Shown here in pieces: positions 25,651 to 34,767 of a stretch of DNA of 64,000 nt. The number at the start of each line of letters is the position of its first letter. Positions within the stretch are counted from its first letter, which is position 1. Source of the stretch: Archaeoglobaceae archaeon. GTDB taxonomy: Archaea; Halobacteriota; Archaeoglobi; Archaeoglobales; Archaeoglobaceae. Made by a program: the position numbers and the translations under genes. Location of the stretch: NCBI GenBank assembly GCA_027028145.1, contig JALVJV010000010.1:6979-70978 (forward strand), in the 5' to 3' direction. The notes beneath the pieces were generated by a model. It was not told the origin of the DNA. It searched no databases and saw only the letters and a list, made by a program, of their open reading frames with translations.

Positions 25651-26061
25651 TTTTGTTCTCTTGGCTATTTGAAGTAAATCCGGTTAAATTACAAAAATTG
25701 ATTACCTTATAATGCTCCAATCATCAAAATATTATGAAGTATAATGTAGTAACGATAATAGCACGATGTAACTTAAATATAAAATTTTATAGTCGGGATT
25801 AGCAATTCTTTAGCTTAGAATTCCGTGATAAATCATATTAATCAAATTTAAATAATATTTAATTAATATATTTTTTAGAATTAAAATAAATTATAATTTA
25901 GTATAATTTGAATTAGTTTAGAGATCGTGTTGGAAAAGTGGATAGGCATGCTAATTATCTCTTAAAATTTTGAAACCAACTGGATTTTTTGTAGAGCTAA
26001 CTTAATGAGCGATCTATGAAAAAGCAGTAAAAGTTTAAGATATAAAGTTAAATCTTAGATT

Positions 26062-26584
26062 ATGAGAATTTGAATAACAACCATTGGAAAGAGTCCTTTT
26101 TGCAGTAATAAATCCAATATAGATGGTTTGCAGAAAAGAAGAATACATACCAGAATATGAAGATATTAAGCACACTATGGAGAGTGGTGTTCATAAACCT
26201 GAAATGATAGCTGATGAGAGTGTAAGAGTTCGTGAGGATGATTTTAAGCAGTTTATGGATGTTCTAAGGGATATTTGTGATAAGGAATTGAATGAAGGTA
26301 ATGAGATTGCGGTAGATATGACTCTAGAAAGAAAGTTCATGTCTGCGTTATCTATGGGCTTAGGAAGTTTGGAAGGAACAATGTGATGAACGAGTGACTT
26401 GATATATACAATGGCTACAATTTTTGGTTTTATCAGTATCTCCAGAATAACACGTCTTTGGAATTTGGAAGGGCATGAACCATGATGATTGGAATCATGA
26501 AAGAGATCTGATAGAATGATCAAGAAAGATCTGAGCATTTTAAAGGAGATTGAAGATATAGTTAACAGGATTCATCATTCTTAG
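26062..26584 (+). pseudogene. Decayed paralog of the CARF-like/PIN gene pair (in-frame stops, frameshifts, about 1 kb internal deletion)
   Basis: Nucleotide-level similarity to 23565 through about 23900 and to about 24890-25083. The fourth codon is TGA where the intact copy has TGG. Track ORF 26123-26386 is its largest surviving open piece. Confidence 0.75.
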
Positions 26585-26617
26585 CTTTCGTGAAAGTTTT
26601 TCTACTTCCACGAAGTT

Positions 26618-27607
26618 TTACTCTAATATTTCTAACCAGCCTGGAAGCCATTTATAAGATCTACTGTTCTTTGGAGATCTTTCGTAATCTACGATTACTC
26701 TTCTGGTTTTTGGAAAGTCAGTTCCAAACTTTCTGCTAAGTCTGAGTTTTTTAGCTACTTCAAGTCTTTCATCTTTCGTTAAAAGAGATCCAACTGTTTT
26801 CCAGAGCCATCCAGTTGAAAAACCTATCCTAAAGAGAACTTTTCCAGAATCGAGCTTACCTTCGATTTCATCTATAAATCTAAGGATTTTATCAAATCTT
26901 CCATCATTCCTCTTCTCGAAGAATTCTTTATCTATGGACAACACGAACCTTGAGAACTCCAGAAGCTTGTCCTTCCAGTCTTCCAACTCTTTGAATTCCT
27001 TGCTATTAACTCCTACACCCATCTCCAATTTCGTGTTAGGTTTCAGTGATTCAGTATATATCTTTAGAGTTCTTCCACCTCCTAACGTCTTTTCTTCCAA
27101 AGATTGGCCATTTCTCTCGGTTAGGATGACAGTCTCATATATTCCAAGATTTTCGATCTCAACTGGTTCGCTGTCTCTAACTAGGAAAAATCTCATTAAA
27201 TCTCCCTTATTTGAGGTAAAAAACTCTCTTTCCACTTTTTTAAGTTCTTCTATGCTTCTAACCTTTGATCCCTTATCTCTTAGGTATTTCCACAACAATG
27301 CCGTTCTTACAGCACCTTTCAGAGACGAACCAGGAATGTATGGCTTTCCCAAAATCTTGATATGCTCAAGTATATCCCTATCTGGTTTACAGAACGCATC
27401 AACTTCATATTTATAATAGTTAGAAGCAGTTCGTGGATCAAACCTTCCAGCTTCTATCATCTTTCTAATCCTTTCGTTCTCACTCCAAGCCTTCTCGTAA
27501 TCAATCACCCTAACTTTACCATTTCTATAGAGGTAATCAATCCTTGTGAGTTTGTCTCCTGAACCGATGTGGATGGGAGAAATTACACGGAGAATCAATT
27601 CCACCAC
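26618..27607 (-). CDS. csm5: Csm5 (type III-A RAMP)
   Basis: ISPIHIGSGDKLTRIDY and PYIPGSSLKGAVRTALL. 329 aa, last gene of the csm operon. Confidence 0.8.
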   Translation of the reverse strand: MVELILRVISPIHIGSGDKLTRIDYLYRNGKVRVIDYEKAWSENERIRKMIEAGRFDPRTASNYYKYEVDAFCKPDRDILEHIKILGKPYIPGSSLKGAVRTALLWKYLRDKGSKVRSIEELKKVEREFFTSNKGDLMRFFLVRDSEPVEIENLGIYETVILTERNGQSLEEKTLGGGRTLKIYTESLKPNTKLEMGVGVNSKEFKELEDWKDKLLEFSRFVLSIDKEFFEKRNDGRFDKILRFIDEIEGKLDSGKVLFRIGFSTGWLWKTVGSLLTKDERLEVAKKLRLSRKFGTDFPKTRRVIVDYERSPKNSRSYKWLPGWLEILE

Positions 27608-28491
27608 CCCATTGGTAAAGTCAAAGCTAGATAATTCCTGTAAATTTTAACACCATCAACCTGATCTTCTAAAATTCTACCTTCCATCCCTTTTGGAAGG
27701 ACAGAACCCTCCCCAAGAACTCTAACTCTCCTCTTTCTGCTACTGTCTGTCCATCCACCCTTTTCAAGGAGAGAGTAGTAAGTATTCTTTAAGATTTCTA
27801 CTTCTGATCTTTCTGGTAAACATAGAGATAGCAGTAGATTCCATTTACCTGAGATTTTCCAAGAATAACTCTCCGCTTTAACTCCGAATTTCCCGTAACC
27901 GATCGACCTTCCACCTCCAAGTCCTTCCTTTCCTAAGATTTTTACAAAATAGTCTATGTTTACGTCGCCCGAGTACAGAAAATATAGTCCAGAATTCTTT
28001 TTAAATTTTAATGCATGAATAGCAAAGATTTGAGTTTGTTCGTTTATTCGATGCTTAGCGTTTCTCACGATTTTGATCTCATCATAAAATTTAGGAATAT
28101 TATCTTTAGCTATAAAATCTCCATATCTCTTTTCCTTCTTTTCATGTTCACGCTTTATAACATCAAGTGTAGCTTCCTGATCCTTTAATAGCTCTTCTTC
28201 TATCCAGCTTTTCTTCTTCCATATTCTCAGTAGCTCTCTGTCATTTTCAATCTCTCTTGGAGGTCTAATAGGTTTTGGAAAGAAAAGTTTGTTTTCGTAG
28301 AATGGAAAAGCGGATGAAAACCTTGGATCACTTTCGCAAAAATCTTTCAGAGCTTCTACTCCCTCCAGTTCAACTATAACGTTGGCTACTGCTGCAAATA
28401 TGGTGTCGGATCTGGGAAAATTTCCTTCTACATCGGGTTTAAACTTAAGCGGAGCCTCAAAGTACATTCTGTATATTCTCAGTTTCATCAA
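27595..28491 (-). CDS. csm4: Csm4 (type III-A RAMP, Cas10 partner)
   Basis: N-terminal PRSDTIFAAVANV and GLGGGRSIGYGKF glycine-rich loop. 298 aa. Confidence 0.8.
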   Translation of the reverse strand: MMKLRIYRMYFEAPLKFKPDVEGNFPRSDTIFAAVANVIVELEGVEALKDFCESDPRFSSAFPFYENKLFFPKPIRPPREIENDRELLRIWKKKSWIEEELLKDQEATLDVIKREHEKKEKRYGDFIAKDNIPKFYDEIKIVRNAKHRINEQTQIFAIHALKFKKNSGLYFLYSGDVNIDYFVKILGKEGLGGGRSIGYGKFGVKAESYSWKISGKWNLLLSLCLPERSEVEILKNTYYSLLEKGGWTDSSRKRRVRVLGEGSVLPKGMEGRILEDQVDGVKIYRNYLALTLPMGWWN

Positions 28492-29258
28492 ATCTTCGCC
28501 TCCTTAAGTTCGCCCTCAAAAATCTTTATCGGTTTACCATCTTTAACAAAGTAATCTAGCGGAAGAATCTCAATCTTAAGGTTCTCGAATTTGACCTTTC
28601 CGTAACCTCTCGTTCCGCAACCTCCAAGGTAGTCCTCTTCGAGCAACTTCATACCCTTTATTATCAATCCTAGCCTCTTTTTTAACGGATTTGGAAGGTT
28701 TTCGAGGTTTTTAATATCACTGAGCTTGGATCCATCCATATCTGCATCGAAGATCCTATATACTATTTCCACATCAAATACCGTTCCAGGTAAAACTCTC
28801 TCAGTGTCTCTCAACCCGTATTCAACTCGTGATGTTATCCTATTTATAGCATTCTCATACTTTATCTCTGTATAGCCAGCCTTTCTTGCCTTTTTATCAC
28901 TCAGCTCTTCGTTGATCTTGCAGTCTCTAAATATTACCCTCGTTGGCCCCTCATTCGTCTTACGTTCTCCTGCTCTCCCAAACACTACACATAAGTCGCA
29001 TGCGTCCTTCCCTTTTTCGCATTCATGTCTTCCAAGCTTATCATCTATCGGTAATCCTTCAGCAAGTTCAAGCAAACTCCTAATCTTTCCTTTTAGTGAA
29101 GAGCCGGGTATGTATGGTTTTCCGTCAGATCCCTTTATTACTGGATTGTCGGTGGCTCCGATTGCTATACCACCAGTTCCTCCTCCTATGTGAAGTCCAG
29201 TCAAAACTCTTAAGTTACAGCTAATCTTAACAAAGCCTAAAAACCTCATAACGACCAC
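28488..29258 (-). CDS. csm3: Csm3 (type III-A backbone RAMP / target RNase)
   Basis: LHIGGGTGG..GATDNPVIK and PYIPGSSLKGKIRSLLE. 256 aa. Confidence 0.85.
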   Translation of the reverse strand: MVVMRFLGFVKISCNLRVLTGLHIGGGTGGIAIGATDNPVIKGSDGKPYIPGSSLKGKIRSLLELAEGLPIDDKLGRHECEKGKDACDLCVVFGRAGERKTNEGPTRVIFRDCKINEELSDKKARKAGYTEIKYENAINRITSRVEYGLRDTERVLPGTVFDVEIVYRIFDADMDGSKLSDIKNLENLPNPLKKRLGLIIKGMKLLEEDYLGGCGTRGYGKVKFENLKIEILPLDYFVKDGKPIKIFEGELKEAKI

Positions 29259-29611
29259 CCCTCATATTCCCTCTCCTGTGCCTTGTAATAACGAGCATAA
29301 GCAACAACAGCTTCGAGGAAGTTCAGCAACTTTTCTCTTGCAATTTCGAATTCTTCACTGCCAACTGGACCTCTCTTTCTCACCTCATCAACAAGCTTAT
29401 CGATAAAATTTACGAGGGCTATAAGTTCTCTATGTCTCGCTGCCTGATACTTCAGTCGTGGCTTTACCATCGCAAGGTCTGGACTCTTTAGAACAGTTTC
29501 ATATATCATTCTGACCTGTCTTTCCTTTTCGTAAATTCTCCTCCCAAACCTCTCAGCTTCCCTTTCAAGTGTTACCGGATCGTCCAAAATCTTACCAAAC
29601 TCCACTCTCAT
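29246..29611 (-). CDS. csm2: Csm2 (type III-A small subunit)
   Basis: 121-aa helical protein located immediately after cas10 (III-A gene order). Contains RLKYQAARH. Confidence 0.7.
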   Translation of the reverse strand: MRVEFGKILDDPVTLEREAERFGRRIYEKERQVRMIYETVLKSPDLAMVKPRLKYQAARHRELIALVNFIDKLVDEVRKRGPVGSEEFEIAREKLLNFLEAVVAYARYYKAQEREYEGWSL

Positions 29612-31956
29612 TCTTTCACCTCCGAACGAGTTAACAGCTCAACCCATCTGAGAGCTACAAGCAAGTAAGAAAAATCGTTAGAATCAAAAGCTTCATCCAA
29701 GGCTTCGTCAAGTTTTCGTAAATCTGCATCCTTATATCTCTCCATAAACCTCGCTATAACGTATTTTACCTTCCATCTTCGCCTATACTTACCATCCGAA
29801 TTTAAGCAACCAAGTAAAGCAAATACTATCGATCTCGAAAGCTTTCCGTTGTTGATCTGATTGAAAAGTAGGTTCTTCAATTTTCTTGTCTTGTTAAGAA
29901 CTTCGAATTTTAATTTCTCATTGAATATCGATATTGCCGATTTTCCTTCAAGGGTTTTCGCATCTTCGAGCGCTTCAAGGGTTGTAAAGTATGATTTATA
30001 CACGGGAAACTTCTTCTTAGTTATTGTGACAGCAGCAGAGATCGTTAGATTAGGATTAGCTGTAAAAATAGCATATTCTTCCTTTATCTTAGTTGCGAGA
30101 TCAATTATTTGATCCCAAGGGCCTAAAACAAATAGATCATCCCCTCCACTGAAAACCACATACACTTGCGGGTTTTCTGCATAGTTGTTCTCAGTGAAGA
30201 AATAACCTCTTCTGCAGATTTCATTCACGCAAAAGCCAAAGAAAATCTCAAGCAGAGAACTTAATGTCGCATACCTCGCTGGTGTAATTCTACCTACTTT
30301 CAAATCTTTTTCGTCAACATTCAGTTTCTTTACCCACCACCTTTTAACACCTCTACTGAAAATTTTACCCATATCATCTCCGTCCATTTTGAGAATACCC
30401 AAATATTTAGCACCCTTAGAAGCATCTGCAAGTCTATCCACACTCGTATCTCTAACGTGGACGTTAAAGAACCTGAAGCCACAACCAACTCCAAACTTCA
30501 GAAATTCGTCTTCAAGAAAGTTCACATCGTTTACAGTAAAAACATAGTCTGCATCTCTTAGGTTTTCTGGTAAATTTTCAAGTTTAAAACCTATATCAAA
30601 TATGCAGACATCACCAGACCCGTTCTCATAAATTCCCACGTAAATCTTTGCCTTTTTTCCGGCTCTTTCAGACTCTTCGGCAATTCTTGTCACGTTTATG
30701 AGTTTCTTTGAAAGATCGTATATCCTCTTACACCTACTACAGACCTTTAATTTTTCTTCTTCCTCTCCTTCACCAATTTCAACTGGCTTCTCTACAAAAA
30801 ATGAATTACAAACATCGCAGATGTTCTTGCCCCTATCAGGGAAGAATATCTCATTGTAATTTTCGAGGAGGATTTCCGAATATTTTCTAAATTTTCTAAT
30901 CTCTATAGCTTTCTCTGCATCTTCTACAATCTTCTCGAAATCTCTTGTTTCATTATAACTCCTCTCCACCCAAGCAAGGGTTATGTATAATCCGTAGTTT
31001 ATCAGCTCTTTGTTCATTTCCTTCGCTAAATTCGAAAGCTTACTCTTTATCTCATCGTTTACCGGGGCAATTATAGTGAAATTCCCTGCCGTAGCTGATA
31101 ATATTTGAGTGGGTGGAATACCAAGTTCTTTGCATATCTTAAGTGCAGCGGCAAGATTTAAAAGCTCCAGAAAGAACGACCTACCTTTCAAAAATCTTAG
31201 AGCTTTCTTCAATGAAATTTTCGCTATAAAATTCTGAAGACCAGATATGTCACCTCTCACGAGTAGGAACTTTTCTCTGTTTACAAGCATCGTGCACGCA
31301 AACATCGAAGAGAGTCTAAGATGTTCATAAAGCGAAGTATCTGGAATTGGAATCCTACCATTCCTTCTTTCATACGTATCCGCTGGAACGAAGAATGCGT
31401 ATCTTTTCAGGAGATGAAGAAGCGTGAATACTAACTTTTCGAAGTTCATTTTTGAGTTGAAGACTTTTCTTAGATCTTCTACGAGCTCGGAGTAAAATCT
31501 GTAGTCTACTCCTACCTCCTCTATCGACTTTGGACGAAGGTAATATGGTTCAAGCGTTAGTTCTCTCACATAGAAGTAACTTTCAGTCGATTCTCCCTTG
31601 CCTATATCTACTGTTGAGAGAATACTAAGAATTGGTCTTTCTCTTCTATCTTTGGATGCCCACTCATTGAGATGTTTCTTATCAATGCTTTCTCTCTCAA
31701 TTCCTGCAGAGACACTATCTGCTTCACATACAATTTCTGCATACTCTTTGAGATCATCTCTTACCTCTGCAAGCGTATTTAACTCTGCACTTTTATGATG
31801 TCCATACGCTATCTCCGCCAAATCATCATCGAACTCCTTCAGAAGATCTCTGGTAAGATGGGGATGCTTACCTCTTTCCCCCAACCTTTCAGCTATCTTA
31901 CCAATGTCATGAAGGAGAGCCGCTATAATTGTCTTCTGTTCTAGGCTTAAATTCAT
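29608..31956 (-). CDS. cas10: Cas10/Csm1 with HD nuclease and GGDD cyclase motifs
   Basis: N-terminal LLHDIGK...GHH (HD), Zn-finger CDVCN...CSRCK, Palm VVFSGGDDLFVLG. 782 aa. Confidence 0.92.
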   Translation of the reverse strand: MNLSLEQKTIIAALLHDIGKIAERLGERGKHPHLTRDLLKEFDDDLAEIAYGHHKSAELNTLAEVRDDLKEYAEIVCEADSVSAGIERESIDKKHLNEWASKDRRERPILSILSTVDIGKGESTESYFYVRELTLEPYYLRPKSIEEVGVDYRFYSELVEDLRKVFNSKMNFEKLVFTLLHLLKRYAFFVPADTYERRNGRIPIPDTSLYEHLRLSSMFACTMLVNREKFLLVRGDISGLQNFIAKISLKKALRFLKGRSFFLELLNLAAALKICKELGIPPTQILSATAGNFTIIAPVNDEIKSKLSNLAKEMNKELINYGLYITLAWVERSYNETRDFEKIVEDAEKAIEIRKFRKYSEILLENYNEIFFPDRGKNICDVCNSFFVEKPVEIGEGEEEEKLKVCSRCKRIYDLSKKLINVTRIAEESERAGKKAKIYVGIYENGSGDVCIFDIGFKLENLPENLRDADYVFTVNDVNFLEDEFLKFGVGCGFRFFNVHVRDTSVDRLADASKGAKYLGILKMDGDDMGKIFSRGVKRWWVKKLNVDEKDLKVGRITPARYATLSSLLEIFFGFCVNEICRRGYFFTENNYAENPQVYVVFSGGDDLFVLGPWDQIIDLATKIKEEYAIFTANPNLTISAAVTITKKKFPVYKSYFTTLEALEDAKTLEGKSAISIFNEKLKFEVLNKTRKLKNLLFNQINNGKLSRSIVFALLGCLNSDGKYRRRWKVKYVIARFMERYKDADLRKLDEALDEAFDSNDFSYLLVALRWVELLTRSEVKE

Positions 31957-31968
31957 CTATAGTACCTC

Positions 31969-32628
31969 CTAAGTGCTCCATCTGGCTTTACACAATCTGC
32001 CTAAAAAGGTAAGCCTGTATCTCTTCACTCTACCGTTTGTCGAAACCTCCAAAAGACCGTATTCTTTCAGCTCTCTTAGATACTGAGAAGCTGTTTTCTT
32101 GCTAATTCCCAACTTCTTAGAAATCTCCGCAGAGCTATCGCCATCCTCCAAAACTCTTATGACCTCCTTTTTAACATTTGAAAGCTGGTCGAATTGAGCT
32201 AAATTATAGGGAATCTCAGTTAGTTCAGCTCCATTCTTAAGTTCTTGGACGTATATAACCTTACATCCAGCTATGAAAGCTGCGCAAGATGTGGCTATGG
32301 ACTGAACCTTGGTTCCACCAGTAACGCTCACATAAACATCCCCTTGGGCTTTCTCCCTTTCAAGGATCTTCAAAGCTTCGACACAGCATTCCTCAAAGTT
32401 GAAGGGATCCACGATCCTAATTTCAACTTCAGCACCAAATTCTTCAAGCTTATTCTTAATATCTTCAGCAACCTCAACGGGATTTGGTTTCCCTTCTATT
32501 GCCTTATCTCCAAACACATCCTTTGCAGGTTTCCCAGCTATCAAAATTACCCTATCAAATCCGATCTTTCTTGCGGATATCAGAATAGGTTCAGCGGTGC
32601 CGCCAACAGTTGCGACAAGCACCTTCAC
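31969..32628 (-). CDS. CARF plus winged-HTH regulator (Csa3-like)
   Basis: MKVLVATVGGTAEPI..., VSVTGGTKVQS (CARF-like), C-terminal ISKKLGISKKTASQYLRELKEYGLLEV (HTH). 219 aa, GTG start. Confidence 0.65.
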   Translation of the reverse strand: MKVLVATVGGTAEPILISARKIGFDRVILIAGKPAKDVFGDKAIEGKPNPVEVAEDIKNKLEEFGAEVEIRIVDPFNFEECCVEALKILEREKAQGDVYVSVTGGTKVQSIATSCAAFIAGCKVIYVQELKNGAELTEIPYNLAQFDQLSNVKKEVIRVLEDGDSSAEISKKLGISKKTASQYLRELKEYGLLEVSTNGRVKRYRLTFLGRLCKARWST

Positions 32629-33084
32629 GCTAAAGTTTGTAACTTACAACATATATATTGCTTGTGTTTCATTATCTGAAAATTTCTCAGAAGTCTGAAA
32701 ATTCATCAGTGTCCTAAAAATTGACATCCGGTAAAAAATTTAAATGATCGAATTGGTTTCACCTTACAATTAGGATAGAAGACAGATCGCACTTAATACC
32801 CCTATCATCTACAAAAATTCCAAATATGTCTTAATTTTATAATATATTTTATTGGATTATATTAAATGCTAATTTATTAATTTTTCTATGCATATAGTTT
32901 ACTATAAAGGAGATTAACCGATTTCGAGCGAAACAAATGCTTAATATTTTTATAAAATGGAGAACGTATTTTTTACACCATAATAGACTATTCACCTCTA
33001 TTTCAATCAATTACTGAGCGAATTAAGTCTGCTATAAAAATGTATGAATTCATGGCTGTGTTTATAGCGTGAAAAAGACCGTCT

Positions 33085-33200
33085 CCCCAGATTGGTTGCT
33101 CTTTATATACTCTTGGCAGATCGAGGTAGCAACCAATATGGTTTTATAGAAGGAGATCAAACAAGTAAAATAAGGTGTTGAATCTCCAATTTGAGGTGCG
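33085..33200 (+). promoter_or_regulatory. CRISPR leader 3 (conserved proximal part)
   Basis: Reverse-complement homolog of leaders 1 and 2. TTGGTTGCT (33092-33100) / AGCAACCAA (33128-33136). TTTTATAGA box at about 33142-33150. Confidence 0.75.
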
Positions 33201-33285
33201 GAATCTCATAAAGAGAACGGAAACTCTTACAGTTCTTATGCTTATGCCTAATTGTTCAGCAGAATCTCATAAAGAGAATCGATAG
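33201..33285 (+). CRISPR. CRISPR array 3: 2 repeats, 1 spacer (37 nt)
   Basis: GAATCTCATAAAGAGAACGGAAAC (33201-33224) and degenerate GAATCTCATAAAGAGAATCGATAG (33262-33285). Confidence 0.75.
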
Positions 33286-33356
33286 AAAACTTTATTTTAG
33301 CATTAAATATATAATACTAATAATAAAATTTAAATGAAATTGACCACTATCTATAA

Positions 33357-33773
33357 TCAACCCTGCACGATTTTAACGTCCAAATTCTTGAAGTGATTGT
33401 CGAAGGTGTAGATTTCCTTAACGTCGATCTCCTTCATCTTCAGATAGGCTAAAGCATCGTTTATGCTAACGTTTTTCTCTTTAGCAATTAATAAGGCTTT
33501 TAGATAATCCTCTTGCGAAACGGATAAGATTCTGACATTATCGGCAAGTAGCATATTTTCAACGAACTTCAAAGCTGTTGAAAGGTTTGCTTTGGCTTCG
33601 AGGATGTTCGCAACCTCGCTCAAGTGGACTACCGTAGTTACGACTTCTTCACCCTTCTCAACCCTGAGCAGTATTCTCTTGGCAATTTCCTTTCTCTTGA
33701 GCACATTTTCACTCACCTCTTTTTTCGGTTTTACTATAGCGTAAAGAAACACGTTGGCATCTATAAATCTCAT
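33357..33773 (-). CDS. vapC: PIN-domain toxin (VapC-like)
   Basis: MRFIDANVFLYAI..., distal TFDNHF. 138 aa, 4-nt overlap with the upstream antitoxin gene. Confidence 0.8.
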   Translation of the reverse strand: MRFIDANVFLYAIVKPKKEVSENVLKRKEIAKRILLRVEKGEEVVTTVVHLSEVANILEAKANLSTALKFVENMLLADNVRILSVSQEDYLKALLIAKEKNVSINDALAYLKMKEIDVKEIYTFDNHFKNLDVKIVQG

Positions 33774-33991
33774 TCGAACACCTCTTTAAGAATCTCTTCA
33801 ATATCTTCCTCAATATCGGCTTCGATTACGTCGAAGAACTGCGAGAGCTTTGGTTTTCTCTTCGGCAGGATCTCTATCCTGTCCTCAAACTCTATCAAGA
33901 CAACTTCGTTACCCCACCTCTCCCTCCACCCCTTAGGTAAAACTATCCTTCCCTGACTATCTACCCTCCTTACTTCCACAATCATTAACAA
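33770..33991 (-). CDS. vapB: AbrB/SpoVT-type antitoxin (VapB-like)
   Basis: VDSQGRIVLPKGWRERWG looped-hinge motif. 73 aa. Confidence 0.75.
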   Translation of the reverse strand: MLMIVEVRRVDSQGRIVLPKGWRERWGNEVVLIEFEDRIEILPKRKPKLSQFFDVIEADIEEDIEEILKEVFE

Positions 33992-34120
33992 TCACCATTA
34001 ATCATTCTCATAACCAACTTTTTAAAACTATCCCATTTTGTGAGTGTTTTTCTTATTATAGCCAGTTCAGCATTCTAAGAGGATATTCTGAGAAAAACGA
34101 TTTTTACCTGTGGTTATGAA

Positions 34121-34681
34121 GTGTTCTTTATGGTTACACTTGTAGCGTCCTTGGGGACGAGTCCGATGGTTGTAACCGAAACTATCGACGAGCTAAAGAA
34201 GAGAGGAACGACTGTTGATAGGGTGATAGTTTTGACGACTAAGAATCCGAGGGTAGAGGCATCTTATTACGCCTTAGCACTCGACTTTAAGTGGAACTAC
34301 GAAAACGTCGAATTAAAAAAGGTGGAACTACCGTTTGATGACATAAAATCGCAGAAAGATCACGACGAATTCGTTAGAATAGCTAAAGAGGTTATCAAAA
34401 AGGAGATGGATGCTGGTAGAGAAGTAGTGGTATCCGTAGCCGGTGGAAGAAAGACGATGGGTGTTGGAATATACAAGGCGGGGTTGGAGGTTGGTGTTAA
34501 GGAGTTTTATCACGTCATAGCTGAAGAGGTCGCAGGAACTTCCGACTTCCTGAAGAATTTAATGACATACGACCTAAAGTCCATTTACGAAGGTAAGATG
34601 GAAGCTCCAGAGAGCTTAAAGAAGCTGATAACTTGGGAGATGCATCGTCCCGATCTGACAATACATTTGATAAGAGTTTAA
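34121..34681 (+). CDS. Stand-alone CARF protein (Cas_NE0113-like signature)
   Basis: LVASLGTSPMVVTETIDEL and VSVAGGRKTMGVGI. About 183 aa; the likely true start is Met 34130. Confidence 0.7.
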   Translation: MFFMVTLVASLGTSPMVVTETIDELKKRGTTVDRVIVLTTKNPRVEASYYALALDFKWNYENVELKKVELPFDDIKSQKDHDEFVRIAKEVIKKEMDAGREVVVSVAGGRKTMGVGIYKAGLEVGVKEFYHVIAEEVAGTSDFLKNLMTYDLKSIYEGKMEAPESLKKLITWEMHRPDLTIHLIRV

Positions 34682-34767
34682 AATATTATAACTATAATTT
34701 TTCATATTGATGATCCAATTGGATTATCAGTTCGATGCTATCCGAATCGGCTAACCTACTCTTGAGA

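Noticed and set aside
26618-31956. First impression that the effector operon was a type III-B (Cmr) module
   Set aside because: The gene order is cas10, then the small subunit, then three RAMPs. The Csm3-type (PGSSLKGKIRSLLE), Csm4-type (SDTIFAAV, GLGGGRSIGYG) and Csm5-type motifs also fit type III-A, not the cmr1-6 order.
32650-32720. C/D-box-like string on the minus strand (CTGATGA-12 nt-CTGA)
   Set aside because: There is no credible C' or terminal D box. The pattern is produced by the direct repeat TCTGAAAAT(T) in the regulator promoter region.
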